Positions 11,101 through 21,938 of a stretch of DNA of 64,000 nt are shown in pieces; the stretch's first letter is position 1; every line of letters starts with the position of its first letter. The stretch lies in NCBI GenBank assembly GCA_040954595.2, contig CM082589.2, forward strand, positions 5,203,086-5,267,085, given 5' to 3'. The notes beneath the pieces are model-generated. The model saw only the letters and a program-made list of their open reading frames with translations, ran no database searches and was not told the origin of the DNA. The translations under genes and the position numbers were made by a program. This DNA comes from Balanoglossus misakiensis. Its lineage: Eukaryota > Animalia > Hemichordata.

Positions 11101-14100
11101 TGGTCGATTCGTCAGTTGTGTACTGTGCTGTTGTTGTTGGAAACACAGATGTTGATTCGGTTGTTGTTTGTTGTGATGTGGTTGGCCGATCTGTTGTGAT
11201 TCTTGATGTAGTTGGTTCTAACGTCGTTGTATCGATTGGTGTTGTGGTCGATTCCTCAGTTGTGTACTGTGCTGTTGTTGTTGGAAACACAGATGTTGAT
11301 TCGGTTGTTGTTTGTTGTGATGTGGTTGGCCGATCTGTTGTGATTTTTGATGTAGTTGGTTCTAACGTCGTTGTATCGATTGGTGTTTTGGTCGATTCCT
11401 CAGTTGTGTACTGCGTTGTTGTTGTGGGTAACACAGTTGTTGATTCGGGTGTTGTTTGTTGTGATGTGGTTGGCCGATCTGTTGTGATTCTTGATGTAGT
11501 TGGTTCTAACGTTGTTGTATAGATTGGTGTTGTGGTCGATTCCTCAGTTGTGTACTGTGATGTTGTTGTTGGAAACACAGTTGTTGATTCGGGTGTTGTT
11601 TGTTGTGATGTGGTCGGTCGATCTGTTGTGATTCTTGTTGTCGTTGGTTCTAACGAAGTGCGTTCTTTTGAAGAAGCTTCGCCAGTCGTCGGATTCTCGA
11701 TTGTAGTTGTCCCGTCGTTCGTTGTGGTCGGCAAAGAGGTTGTTGAAATAGTTGTGGGCATCGTTGTGGTGATGGGTGGAAGCTCTATCACACCTATTGT
11801 ACACAGTAGAGTAAATTTCAGTTGCACTGCACAAGTTGATTTTCATTGCGTAATTGTTAATATGATGGCTCTTGGAGAGTTATATTTATCTTTTATTTTG
11901 TGTTTTCAGTTTATTCTGCGCATAGCGTTGCTTCTATTGAAAAAAATTGCAAGTAATAAACTCTTTGTATTTTTATTTTGCAATGAAAAGACTGAGCTTA
12001 CCAAATTCACAGATGAAGTCCAATTTGTCGTGTTGATGCCAGTTGTACCATTGCCACATATCGGGGGTGTCTTCTTTCATCACAAGGGTGATACTCTCTA
12101 AGTCACCTGATCGTTTTGGATCTGGTTTGTCGACTGCCCAGTTTGTGTGGACCATGTCTGACCCTTGTTCACCATTATCTGTAGTGTACAATCAGCAATA
12201 ACGTTGAAATAAAAAAATATTAACGATTATGCATTTTAAGCAAAGGTGTACGGACATTGATATACAATGCTGGTCGAATGACCATATAGGCTATGGTTCA
12301 GAAGATGAATCTTGAGCATTTAATCACATGCTTTGGAAAGTCGAAAAAGAAATTCTTGTAAAAACACAATAGTTATAGATAAGTGTACTTGTCCTGTAAC
12401 GCAGTCTGTGAGACCAGAAATATGGAATGCTTACCTTCCATCCAATACCAATTGACCGCGAAGTCGCAGTTTCCTCGGGAAGCATTGAAGTAACATTTCC
12501 CGCCGATCCAGCTTGGACCGTTGTATCCAGCCTCGTTCGCAGTTAGATATTCAATCAACTCCATCTCCTCTTGTTCAGTTTCAAGTCTCGCCAACCAACC
12601 CTCACGTGAGAAACACCAATCGACAGCCTCGTTCCAAGACAAAGAATTAATGCCGTTGAGTTGAAACGAATAACAGTTTTCTCCAAGTTTGGTTGTGGGC
12701 ATTGGTTGTCCGTTGTTATCACTGATCGATGGACATTCTGAAAAGGATAATCTAATTATTCGTATTTGAAGGCTAATTGGCAAAAAATTATTGCAAAGAA
12801 GGTTCTTAATTAACTGCGTGCCTACTTCTGAATGCCAAAAAACCTGCAGACTACTATACCGGGTTCGACCCGTTCAAATAAAAGAAATATTACTAACCAA
12901 ACTCACAAATAAAGTTTTTCCCTGTGTCACGATCGCTGTCAACCCACTGCCATGTACTTTGCAAGATAATCACCATATTAATGTTATTAAGGCCACCTCT
13001 AGAGGGGTTAGGGGCACCGGGAATCCAGTTTGTGTAATCCATGACGTCGCCAGAATCACCGCCATCTGAAAAATACAGTAACAGACGTTGGTAACCGCAG
13101 ATCAGTTTCTTATGAAGGATATTGATGAATTTCGTCTTCACACTCCAAACTGACATAGCTGCCAATTTGGTTCCACCGATAATTTTTAAAATATTTTCCT
13201 AGATTACATTTCACCATGGTGAAGTTCAAATGAAAATGTGGAATATGCTAAGTTCATATCGCAGAACATTTGTGTTTAAAATTGTACTCATTGCGTGTGT
13301 AAGCGTTTTCGTTTTTAGCGTGTCACAGGTTTTCTAATCATTAGTATGTACCTGTTATCCACAACCAATTGCTTGCGATGTCACATTCACGTGCTTGAAC
13401 GTTAAATGGACATTTTCCACTCGTCCAGAATTCATACAGTTCAGGATAACCCTGTTTGTCCAAATATGCAATGACGTCACTTTCCTCTTCTTCGGTTTCG
13501 AAGTTGACCAAGTAACCACCGCGCGATGTACACCATTGCGTGGCATCGTCCCATGTTAGACTATTTGTGTCTTCATCTTGGAACCAGTAACACCCGTCAC
13601 CCACTCTCAGAGTTGAACTTGGTTGATTGTCCTTGTTTAATATTACCGGACATTCAGATGACGTCGTAATCATATAACCTATGGGAACAAAATGCTTTAT
13701 TAGATTTGTTGATGTAGAGTAGACTAGCGCCTAGCATGTATATGAGATGGACACCTTTTGCCTGTTAAAATATATTCGTAAAGCTAACAACTGGACAATG
13801 AAGAGCCAATATCGCACGCATTTTGTTTCCACACAAACAAAGGGGGCAACCACAGACAAATTGGGGGCAACTAATGAGGTGAGGCTTCGGCGAAGTTCAT
13901 GTCCGAGTCAACGCGCGTATACCTTCATTCCCCAAAGAATGTATATTATGGTGTAGCCTAGGTCTCAATGGTGAATATTTCTTCCACACAGAGTTTAAGG
14001 CACTCGCTTTGTGTATTGATTAACCCGCCTAACTCTAATTATGACAATACTGTAGTTTACAACCACCTCACCTTCAATGACAACGGCACTTGTCATTATC

Positions 14101-14153
14101 AGCAAGGTCAATGTCGCCTGAGACCGGGAGTGAGAACATCGACTTGACTTCAT
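6443..14153 (-). CDS. Type I membrane protein, gene 2: signal peptide, two C-type lectin domains, giant Thr-rich mucin stalk, TM, cytoplasmic tail (about 1,990 aa). Exons 14072-14153, 13352-13678, 12898-13065, 12435-12737, 12002-12178, 7252-11793, 6869-6953, 6443-6737
   Basis: All junctions were traced by hand with compatible phases (1,1,1,1,1,1,2). Each CTLD is split over two exons (C..CY.F..W.EA..C..G.L / WIGG or WTSG / TNW..P / W.W..FICE). The TM exon reads GFWVAVGVTSAGVSATFLFFIILLVLLK and is followed by an RKKKKR stop-transfer motif. Confidence 0.88.
6869..6953 (-). CDS. Gene 2 exon 7 (transmembrane helix)
   Basis: CAG acceptor and AG|GTAAG donor; encodes FWVAVGVTSAGVSATFLFFIILLVLL. Confidence 0.88.
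7252..11793 (-). CDS. Gene 2 exon 6 (4,542-bp mucin exon)
   Basis: Uninterrupted Thr/Ser/Pro/Glu-rich ORF (7232-11827) with an AATAG acceptor. The donor is the non-canonical G|GCAAGT. Confidence 0.9.
7430..11655 (-). repeat. Coding minisatellite: 29 copies of a 144-bp (48-aa) unit LEPTTTRITTDRPTTSQQTTPESTTVLPTTTSQYTTEESTTTPIDTTT
   Basis: 29 LEPTT-initiated units counted in the translation; indels are in multiples of 3. Confidence 0.95.
12002..12178 (-). CDS. Gene 2 exon 5 (CTLD2 C-half)
   Basis: HTNWAVDKPD...WQWYN...DFICEF; AG/GT boundaries. Confidence 0.9.
12435..12737 (-). CDS. Gene 2 exon 4 (CTLD2 N-half)
   Basis: ECPSI...NCYSFQ...SWNEAVDWC...WLARL...WIGGKC; AG/GT boundaries. Confidence 0.92.
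12898..13065 (-). CDS. Gene 2 exon 3 (CTLD1 C-half)
   Basis: DYTNWIPGAPN...WQWVD...NFICEF; AG/GT boundaries. Confidence 0.9.
13352..13678 (-). CDS. Gene 2 exon 2 (CTLD1 N-half)
   Basis: ECPVIL...GCYWFQ...LTWDDATQWCTSRGGYLV...FWTSGKC; matches ORF 13341-13673. Confidence 0.92.
14072..14153 (-). CDS. Gene 2 exon 1 (signal peptide MKSSRCSHSRSQATLTLLIMTSAVVIE-G)
   Basis: G|GTGAGG donor, phase 1; DNA is homologous to exon 1 of gene 1. Confidence 0.7.
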
Positions 14154-17100
14154 CTCCGTCAGCGCAAAAAAATCAACCAGTTGACGAGAGACTGTTCTGT
14201 TGTCCACATCACTCGTCGCGTGAAAACAATGCCCCCCGGAACCACAAAATGTCTGCTTAGATACAATTGTTGGGCGTACACGATACACAACTTGTTGGTC
14301 GTCTGACGGTTAGATATCTAATAAACATTGATAGTTGAAAATACGAAGGTCGATGGGTGTCGGCCCATCGTTGTGGTCGACGGTACTCGGTATCCAAGTA
14401 CCCAAGCAGAGGTCCAATTTCGCAACCGTCAGAAATGATACCCATCTGGGGAGTGCCATTGGGTTCATTAGAGGTTAAGTTCAAGATCGTGCACGTCGGG
14501 GCCGGGGCTCTTTGTGTACCGGGTGATGATCTCGATTTGGTAAAACATACAAACTGCCTTGTTTAAGAACTGATAGGGCTCTTGACAAGAAATATCACCA
14601 CCCAAGATAAAATTTGACTAACTGATGGCGGTGTTGCAAACATCTATGTACACAGAAAGACTCCTTGATAATTTTTGACAAAAAGGGTATACTAGATAAC
14701 AAAAGTATATAGAATTCTGATAGAATTCAGTCACGCAAACAAGACCATGCAAGTTGAAGTGATGGTAAATGCTGAGTTCGTGAAAGGCCACGGTGTGATA
14801 TAAAGTGGGTCGCCGGTATCTTCAAAAATGCAATTTATATCATAGCAGCATAGTGGTTGCCAAGCGCGTTATAAATAGGGTGTAGTCGCATGGCCACAGG
14901 CGCATGTTTTATACGTTAGTTCGTCCTCTATTATTGTAAAGAGCCATAAACATTGAATCAGTAGTTTAGCCAATCTGATTATTTAATTTCGCGACATATT
15001 AGTGCTTATGCGATTAATGATATAGACATTTCTTTATGTGTATGTGATAAAGAAATTTCTTCGGAACATCGCGTAACAGTCATATGTCGCGAAACCTGCA
15101 GATTGTCCAAGTTACTGGTTTAATGTTTTTGTCCGCTTTACAATAATAGAAGAGTAAAATAACTAAAGTGTGAGAATGCACCTGTGGTAGGGGCTTCCCC
15201 GTTTGCAGGGCTCATGGCTGTGATAATTCACCCACTCCCCCGCGATTAAAACATATCGATGACATTCCACCCAATGCATGCTTAACGGACACGCGTCCCG
15301 GCAACAGGAAAATATTGATCCGATCAATGAAATGATAATCTGCCGTGTGTTTCATGGGTCAACCCGTCACCGATCCTTGCTTAAACACTCTACGGCGGAC
15401 ACAGACCGCACCCAATATATATTTCTGCTGGCCTTGTACTGGTAGTAAGGTAGAGCGTCGCCGCTGTTGGAAGTGTGATTACATCGTTTATGCACTTGGT
15501 GTGTACCTGTGCTGGGAATAAATAGAATCTCACATTCCTGGGATCATACTTCTAGCACGAGTTTGGGATTTTTTGTCCCAATCGAGCCGCAGGCGAGTGT
15601 GGGATACTGCTTATCCAAATGCTTTGAACTTTGTTTTTTTTTATTCCATCAAATTTATTCATCTGTTATCAAAATAAATTATATACATTTTATTATGTCC
15701 AATGCTTAAGGTGCAATTGCAAGTTTCTGTAGGAAAATGACCAGAATGAATTCAAATATATAAAACGTGACAGATGTTCCGATCCTAGTCATTCATCCCA
15801 GTTGAATAGTAGTGATTCAAGATGTCATTTGATATTTTTAATGAAAGTCATTGTTTGTGAAATATGAATATAGACGGTACTCGAGCCTTTATTTTTTGCA
15901 AGGATTTGTGTCTTTTTAAGATTTCAGGCTTTTGGACTGTGTACTGTTTATTACCATGGCCTCAATTCAATGAACAAAAGACTATGCCATTCACAGTTAC
16001 AACTTGATTTTATCACAGTTGTATTTTATCAGCTGCGTCTGGTGTTTTTCTTCTTGCATAGTGATTCATGCTATTTTGAGAAGCATTTTTCAAACACAAT
16101 ATTTTTTCGGCTAACTTCATTTTTCAAGCGCCTTCTCCAGGTTCCTCCGGAATGTACGCTAACGTCTAAACTATGTCAATTTTTGTGTGGCCCTCCAACA
16201 ATTCATCATCAGCTGCATCCAACTGGACGAATGTGCGTTTGCGATTGCCCTCTGCCTTCAACGCTGTCCGCGGAACGATCGAGAAACCCAATGTCACAAT
16301 GACCTCTTGAGGTTGTTCATGCTGTCTGGCCCGTGGGGGCGCTGTTGGGAACCTTGGCCTACTTTGCGCTTCTACACCAGGTCATCATGACATTAAACGG
16401 TCACAAACTCGGGATAGGCAGAGGATTCAATAAAAAATAATCTCTATGGCAGATGACGCAAAAAAGTGAAATTAATTTACATAATTTCTATTTAATATAA
16501 CGTTGCGTATACATGTACAAATACATGTACACGTCTACACGTCAGTATGCAGTCTGACAAAAAATGTAAAGGCCAACCTTTCTCCTCCTTCATTTCTCTA
16601 TTGTCAATTTCCCAGGCTAATATTGTACGGTCATATCACGGGAACAATATTGATTCCAATTTTTAAACAACGCCCATCATTTGAATTAACAACATGGCAA
16701 AACATGACCCACCGCGACTACTCAATGGTGCGAACGTGTATAGATATGACATCATCAGGTTACTCCTTTCACATCTGCGACAGCCAAGCTATGTATGTTT
16801 ATTTCGCTGCGTGGGTGGGGATGTTCATTCAGGTAAAATCTAAGCCGTGGGGATCAGCTTAAGGTGGTTGTGTATACACTGTTTGTTGGTGACAAAATAC
16901 TACACTTCTGTTGGCACTAACTACATTTGTATGTGTGGTCCCAGTCTTCAAGTCCCTGAATTCCAATTTACAGTCAGAGCCAAGCACAAACCATCGAGAA
17001 ACATTCATGAACAGCATAAATGGTAAATTAACCTTTGTTTCCAAGTTAACAGTACAAAAGTACACAGTAGTTTTCAAACAATGCAACTTTCTATAACACT

Positions 17101-20100
17101 CCTCCCAGAGAAAAATATTCATGGGTTTTTTCTGGCTTTTCAATCAGTAGCTATGTATTATGTAAATATAACGGGATTATCCCAAAATAAATATTTCTCA
17201 GACTCTTTATGTTCAGTTCGATTACATTAATGGTTATATGCAATGTACTTTTCTTTTGTTTTACAGCATTCAAATATTTGTCATATTAATTTGCTTTCAG
17301 ACAAATCTAATCAGCAACTTTACTGGACCGGGATAACAACTAACAAACTAACTTTATTGCTTGACAGTTATCTGCAGTCGCTCTATTCCTTTACACTTTC
17401 TGGCATTTTAGAGTTTTGTATTCATTCCTTTTCTATTTCAATCTGTAGTGGAGGTCTAGGTCTATACAAGGTAAGAATCATGTGTAAGCAATAATTTTAA
17501 TAGCAAAATCAAATGGAGCACTTCAGCTGCAGGATCTGTGCAGTTTGTAGGAAAACAGTGCATCATAGAGAAAATGTGGTGAACTGAAAGATGTCGCTTA
17601 CTGTGCTTTTTGAGGCACAAAGAAACAACACGGACACAGCCAAGCCACTTCGCACACTGGGTCATGATCCCTGGGTCATGATCTGTCTGAGCCTCAACGG
17701 ACCTATCACCTGAGGATTATATAATGCATGCATGTTACCGTTCACGATGATTGTTATGTAAATAAGACCAAGTCATGCGCAAATAGGGTTCCATCGGTCT
17801 AACCTGGAAGAAAATCCCAAATTATGGATTTGTTTCAACGTGGGGAAAATCCTTGCACATTCTTCATAAGCAACAGAGATATAATTCAACGCATCGGTCG
17901 CTCATATTCCGAGATATTCAATCATAAAATTTGTCCCTCAGAAATTAGTCTTCCCACCCCTACGTATAATGATCTATCGTTGGTCTGCGACGTCCCTGAC
18001 GTCACAGTCTGACGCGTAACGCTTGATGAATAGCTGTGCAACAACAGAGGCAAGGTCGCCCTAAACTTGGTAAGCTATGCATTCTTCTCTCATATCTGGT
18101 GTCCTAAACTTGACCTTGGTGGCAAAGTAGAACTCATTTGCATTCCTGTAACCACTCTTAAGAAGTTTTCGGTCTAGTTTGGCGGCTGTTTTTTCACCTT
18201 GACCAATTCCGAGATCCGTGGCGTCCTTGGAAAATGGTGGAGACCCAGACAGATCGCCAGCCATGTTGATCGTATTATTTCCCCCGTCTGCCCCACCACT
18301 AACCGCCAATTTGGAGATCAGCGAACATGTTTTAACAAAAAAACCGTTGTCGAACACATGTGGATTTGTTATGGTCTGGCTCGCCAATATAGAAATCGGT
18401 AGCGCCAAATTTGATTTTGTTAAAACTGAACGCTGTGCGCTCTAGCGGTGGGTGTTGTAGACGGACTCGCCGTCGCTCTCTCGTCTCCAAAGTGAGATCG
18501 CTCGTTTTAGCTTACAACACGTGTCTGCAGCTAAACCGCCTACTCGATCTGAATACCTAATTGTGCAGTCCACAATGCTTGGTTGCTGGGACTAGACAAA
18601 AACTCTGTACAACAACACAGAGCGGTAAAAACAGTAACTCTCAGGCTAGACATATATTGGACGCGTTCGATGTGAAATGAACATGGGCGGTGTTCGCAAC
18701 GCGTTGAAATTGACATTCAGCGTTGGGACGCGCGTTCATGTGCTCAGTGTTCCGGAATTTCGGGGAAGTACCAAGATCGGGTTCTACTGATGTGAGACAG
18801 GGATGAAATACTGAATTTCGTGGGCGCAAATTGGATGTTTTGGATATGCAATTGCAAAGATGGCCAGGCACTTTTCGTTTGTGTTGTTTAGTAGACCTGA
18901 AGAGGTGTGAATGGCCATTACGTAACATCTAAACAAAAGAGAGCAGTTATATTCATGAGCGTCATCAAAGGCGCTGAATACGTTTGCAGGGAGCTGTTAA
19001 TGTCTGCAGTGAATTTCCCACGCTCATGGCAGTCATCTTCATAATGAAACTGGTGCATCATCTGCAGATTTAATCAAACTGATTTTCATCAGAAATAATA
19101 CGTCTAGAAATAAGCGGATATAACTATATACTACACTGGTTAAGATGTATAGCTGAAGACAGACAATAATCCAGCAATTTCATTTTGTAAATCTGTTCCT
19201 TGATCTATAGTCAGCTGTGATGATGAATTTTATTAAAGTAACACATAGTATCTAACAACCTGTTACTTTTCTCTGCTGACATGAAGTGCATGATTTTTGT
19301 CAGGACACTTGGTGTTGCAATGTGGCACCTGCATGTGTGCTTTTTTATTTTAATAATCCCATCGCTTATTTTAGTCCCAGGGATTAAAGTTTTGCATATG
19401 TTAAACCTGCTATTAAAATGTTCCGTCCTCGTTCCCCACCTCCAATTTTCATATTACACTATTTATGTGCGATAATAAAAAAAAACAGTCTGTAAACTCA
19501 ACATCTTTTTTTTCAGATTCGGAATCAGAATAGTTTCCATGTGAATCCAGTGTCTGAATCTTGATCAGAGAATAATCTCCATGTGTATTCTGTTTCTGAA
19601 TATTGAGCAGGTTTCAGCATAGCCTAGGCAGCTGAGCTGTTAGGTATGGCTGCATGAAGACTATAAAATTTGTTTAATAAAGCAATACCCTCTGTCTCAT
19701 GTAGGTGTACATTAGATTTGGGTACAGTTTGTGACATACAGCATGAGCAGAACAGTTAGGCGAATGCTGTATATCAAGTGAATTGTACCCAAATTGAGTG
19801 TATACTGGACTGTGGCAGGGGTTAACTTTAAATTTAAAATAAAATAGATTTTTGTAGCATTATTGACGTTATGGTCTAAATATACATGTATTTTAATGTC
19901 TGTATTATTGGTGGACAGTGGCCCATGTCTGTTTAACTGTACACAGATCTTATGTTCCATATACATATTTCAGTAGTAATGGTTGTTTTCCAGTTTTCTA
20001 TGCCATATCTTGATTGTGGTGTTGTATTCCTTTATAATAAATCACATATTCTGCCAGTGTCATATTGCTGGGCCCATAAACAGCCTAATTTAATGGCCGT

Positions 20101-21845
20101 TTGAAATTGAAACTAGTTGTTAAAGTTTGTTAATAATTTTATTATTTTGTTATATTCCTCATATAGTCATAATCTTAATCAAGTTAATGTTATAGTGTGC
20201 TTCAGTCTTTCAACTTTAATTACATTTTATAAAAATTGAATAATTGAAGTGGAAGATTTTTTTCTGTCTAAGCTAAAGTAAAGCACTGTTTTTTATACCA
20301 AATGAAATTTGTCTAGTTGGCATGTGGTGTAGATCAACAAGATAATATTCAACCTTTGTCCAGATTAACATTCTAAAATATCTGTTCCAAGAAAAATCAC
20401 AACTTGGTAACATTTGCCCTCATCATATATTAGTATTGTAGTGTAAGTTCTATGGCCATGAAGAGTTATGTCTCGTTTGTGATATATGATGTTTGTACAA
20501 AGTCAGACCGACATAACCAGACACTGCAAGTAGACTCTATTGTCCAAATTCATGACAAACACCAAGATCCAATGGCTTCTGCTGCTTTCTTGTTTGTTTG
20601 TGATACATTGGTAAAAATTGGCGCGTGTCGTTCTGAGCTAACTGAGAATTCTGTATATTTGAACTCCCAAACTGAACTATAACTTCTGTCTGACAAATTT
20701 GTTATTGAGGCAGCTGGTTGTGTTGGAGTGAGTCTACCAGGAATTGATAGTGAAGAAGGAATGTCTGCAGGCAGTGTGCCTTTCAATTCTATTTCTGGGT
20801 AACAAATTTTCGCCAACTGTTGGCTTTACCCAGAGCAATTAATTTTCCCCGCTGTGGCATGTGTCATGGCCTTTGTGCTTTGTCACGTTTTTGGGGTTGG
20901 AAGACCGTGATGGAAGAATTGTTGTTATGCCGAATGCTCATGGTTTAGGTCAAGATGGAACATAAATTTTGCTGTTTGCTGGGTATTTTTGTCTTGAGCT
21001 TTGATGTGATTGTATCTGATTTGTTGTTTTAAACTGCATACAGTCACTCACTGCCAATTTGCATAATGTATGTTGACCAGCATTGGATGTTTTTTTTGTT
21101 ACAGTTGAATTCTGAAGCTGAGTTTGGATTTGTCTCTGACTGATTTTCTGTGAAAGAAAACGTGCATTTCTTGCTCAAACATCCTCAAAAGTAATAAAAA
21201 GATTGTTTTACCTACATACATCTAGTATGGTGCTCAGGTAGTATGCACCTAGAAAATCAAAATCTTAAACTTTTTCTCATTTACTCATCTGGCAACATAA
21301 GAAAATATACTCTTTGGGGGTTTCAGACTTCGACAATTGATTGACAGAAAACTACAATTCCTGAAAGTGTCTGTTTTGTATGTTGCATCCTTGACTGAAT
21401 AAATTACTGGTATTTTGGTTTATAAACAAGAGACATTTGATTAAAATTTTACAGTCCCAATATGGAACTACACATTGTATGAGCGCTTGACAGAAGACCA
21501 CTCAGCTTTCTTCAAATCATCAACACAAGACCACTCAGCTTTCTACAAATCATCAATCAACACTTGGGTTCATTTCTCCATATTGAAGTTGAAATTAGAG
21601 ATTATTTATTGAAAGTGGAGGGTGTTATGGTAGCAGAATGTTTTGTGGGGAAGGAGACCCTGGGCAAATCAGGGTAATTATTTTTCTCATATGCCAATTG
21701 TCCTCAGAAAGATCTTGCATCTGCTTCCAAATACCCATTGTGCACCATTCATAACCTCTCCATTATATTATGATGAAGTTGTATACAAGTAGGCAATGGC
21801 ATTATTTAAAAAAACATTGTTAAGATGTAATTAAGTCATGTGATT

Positions 21846-21938
21846 TGAACCCTTTCACCCCTGTTTTCCTGTGTAGAGGAACAGCTTTGCCATGCAAAAC
21901 AATGGGTTTGGACCAAACCATTTCAGTGAAAGGGTTAA
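21846..21938. mobile_element. About 85-bp piggyBac-like MITE, copy 1
   Basis: Terminal inverted repeats CCCTTTCAC...GTGAAAGGG flanked by TGAA and TTAA; homologous in reverse orientation to 31875-31965. Confidence 0.65.

Noticed and set aside
7314-12101. Val-rich plus-strand ORFs
   Set aside because: They are antisense shadows of the ACA-rich mucin exon and are broken by stops, while the minus frame is intact.
14257-17700. Short ORFs between gene 2 and the GREB1-like gene (e.g. 14257-14566, 15970-16390)
   Set aside because: No recognisable domain and no consistent exon chain.
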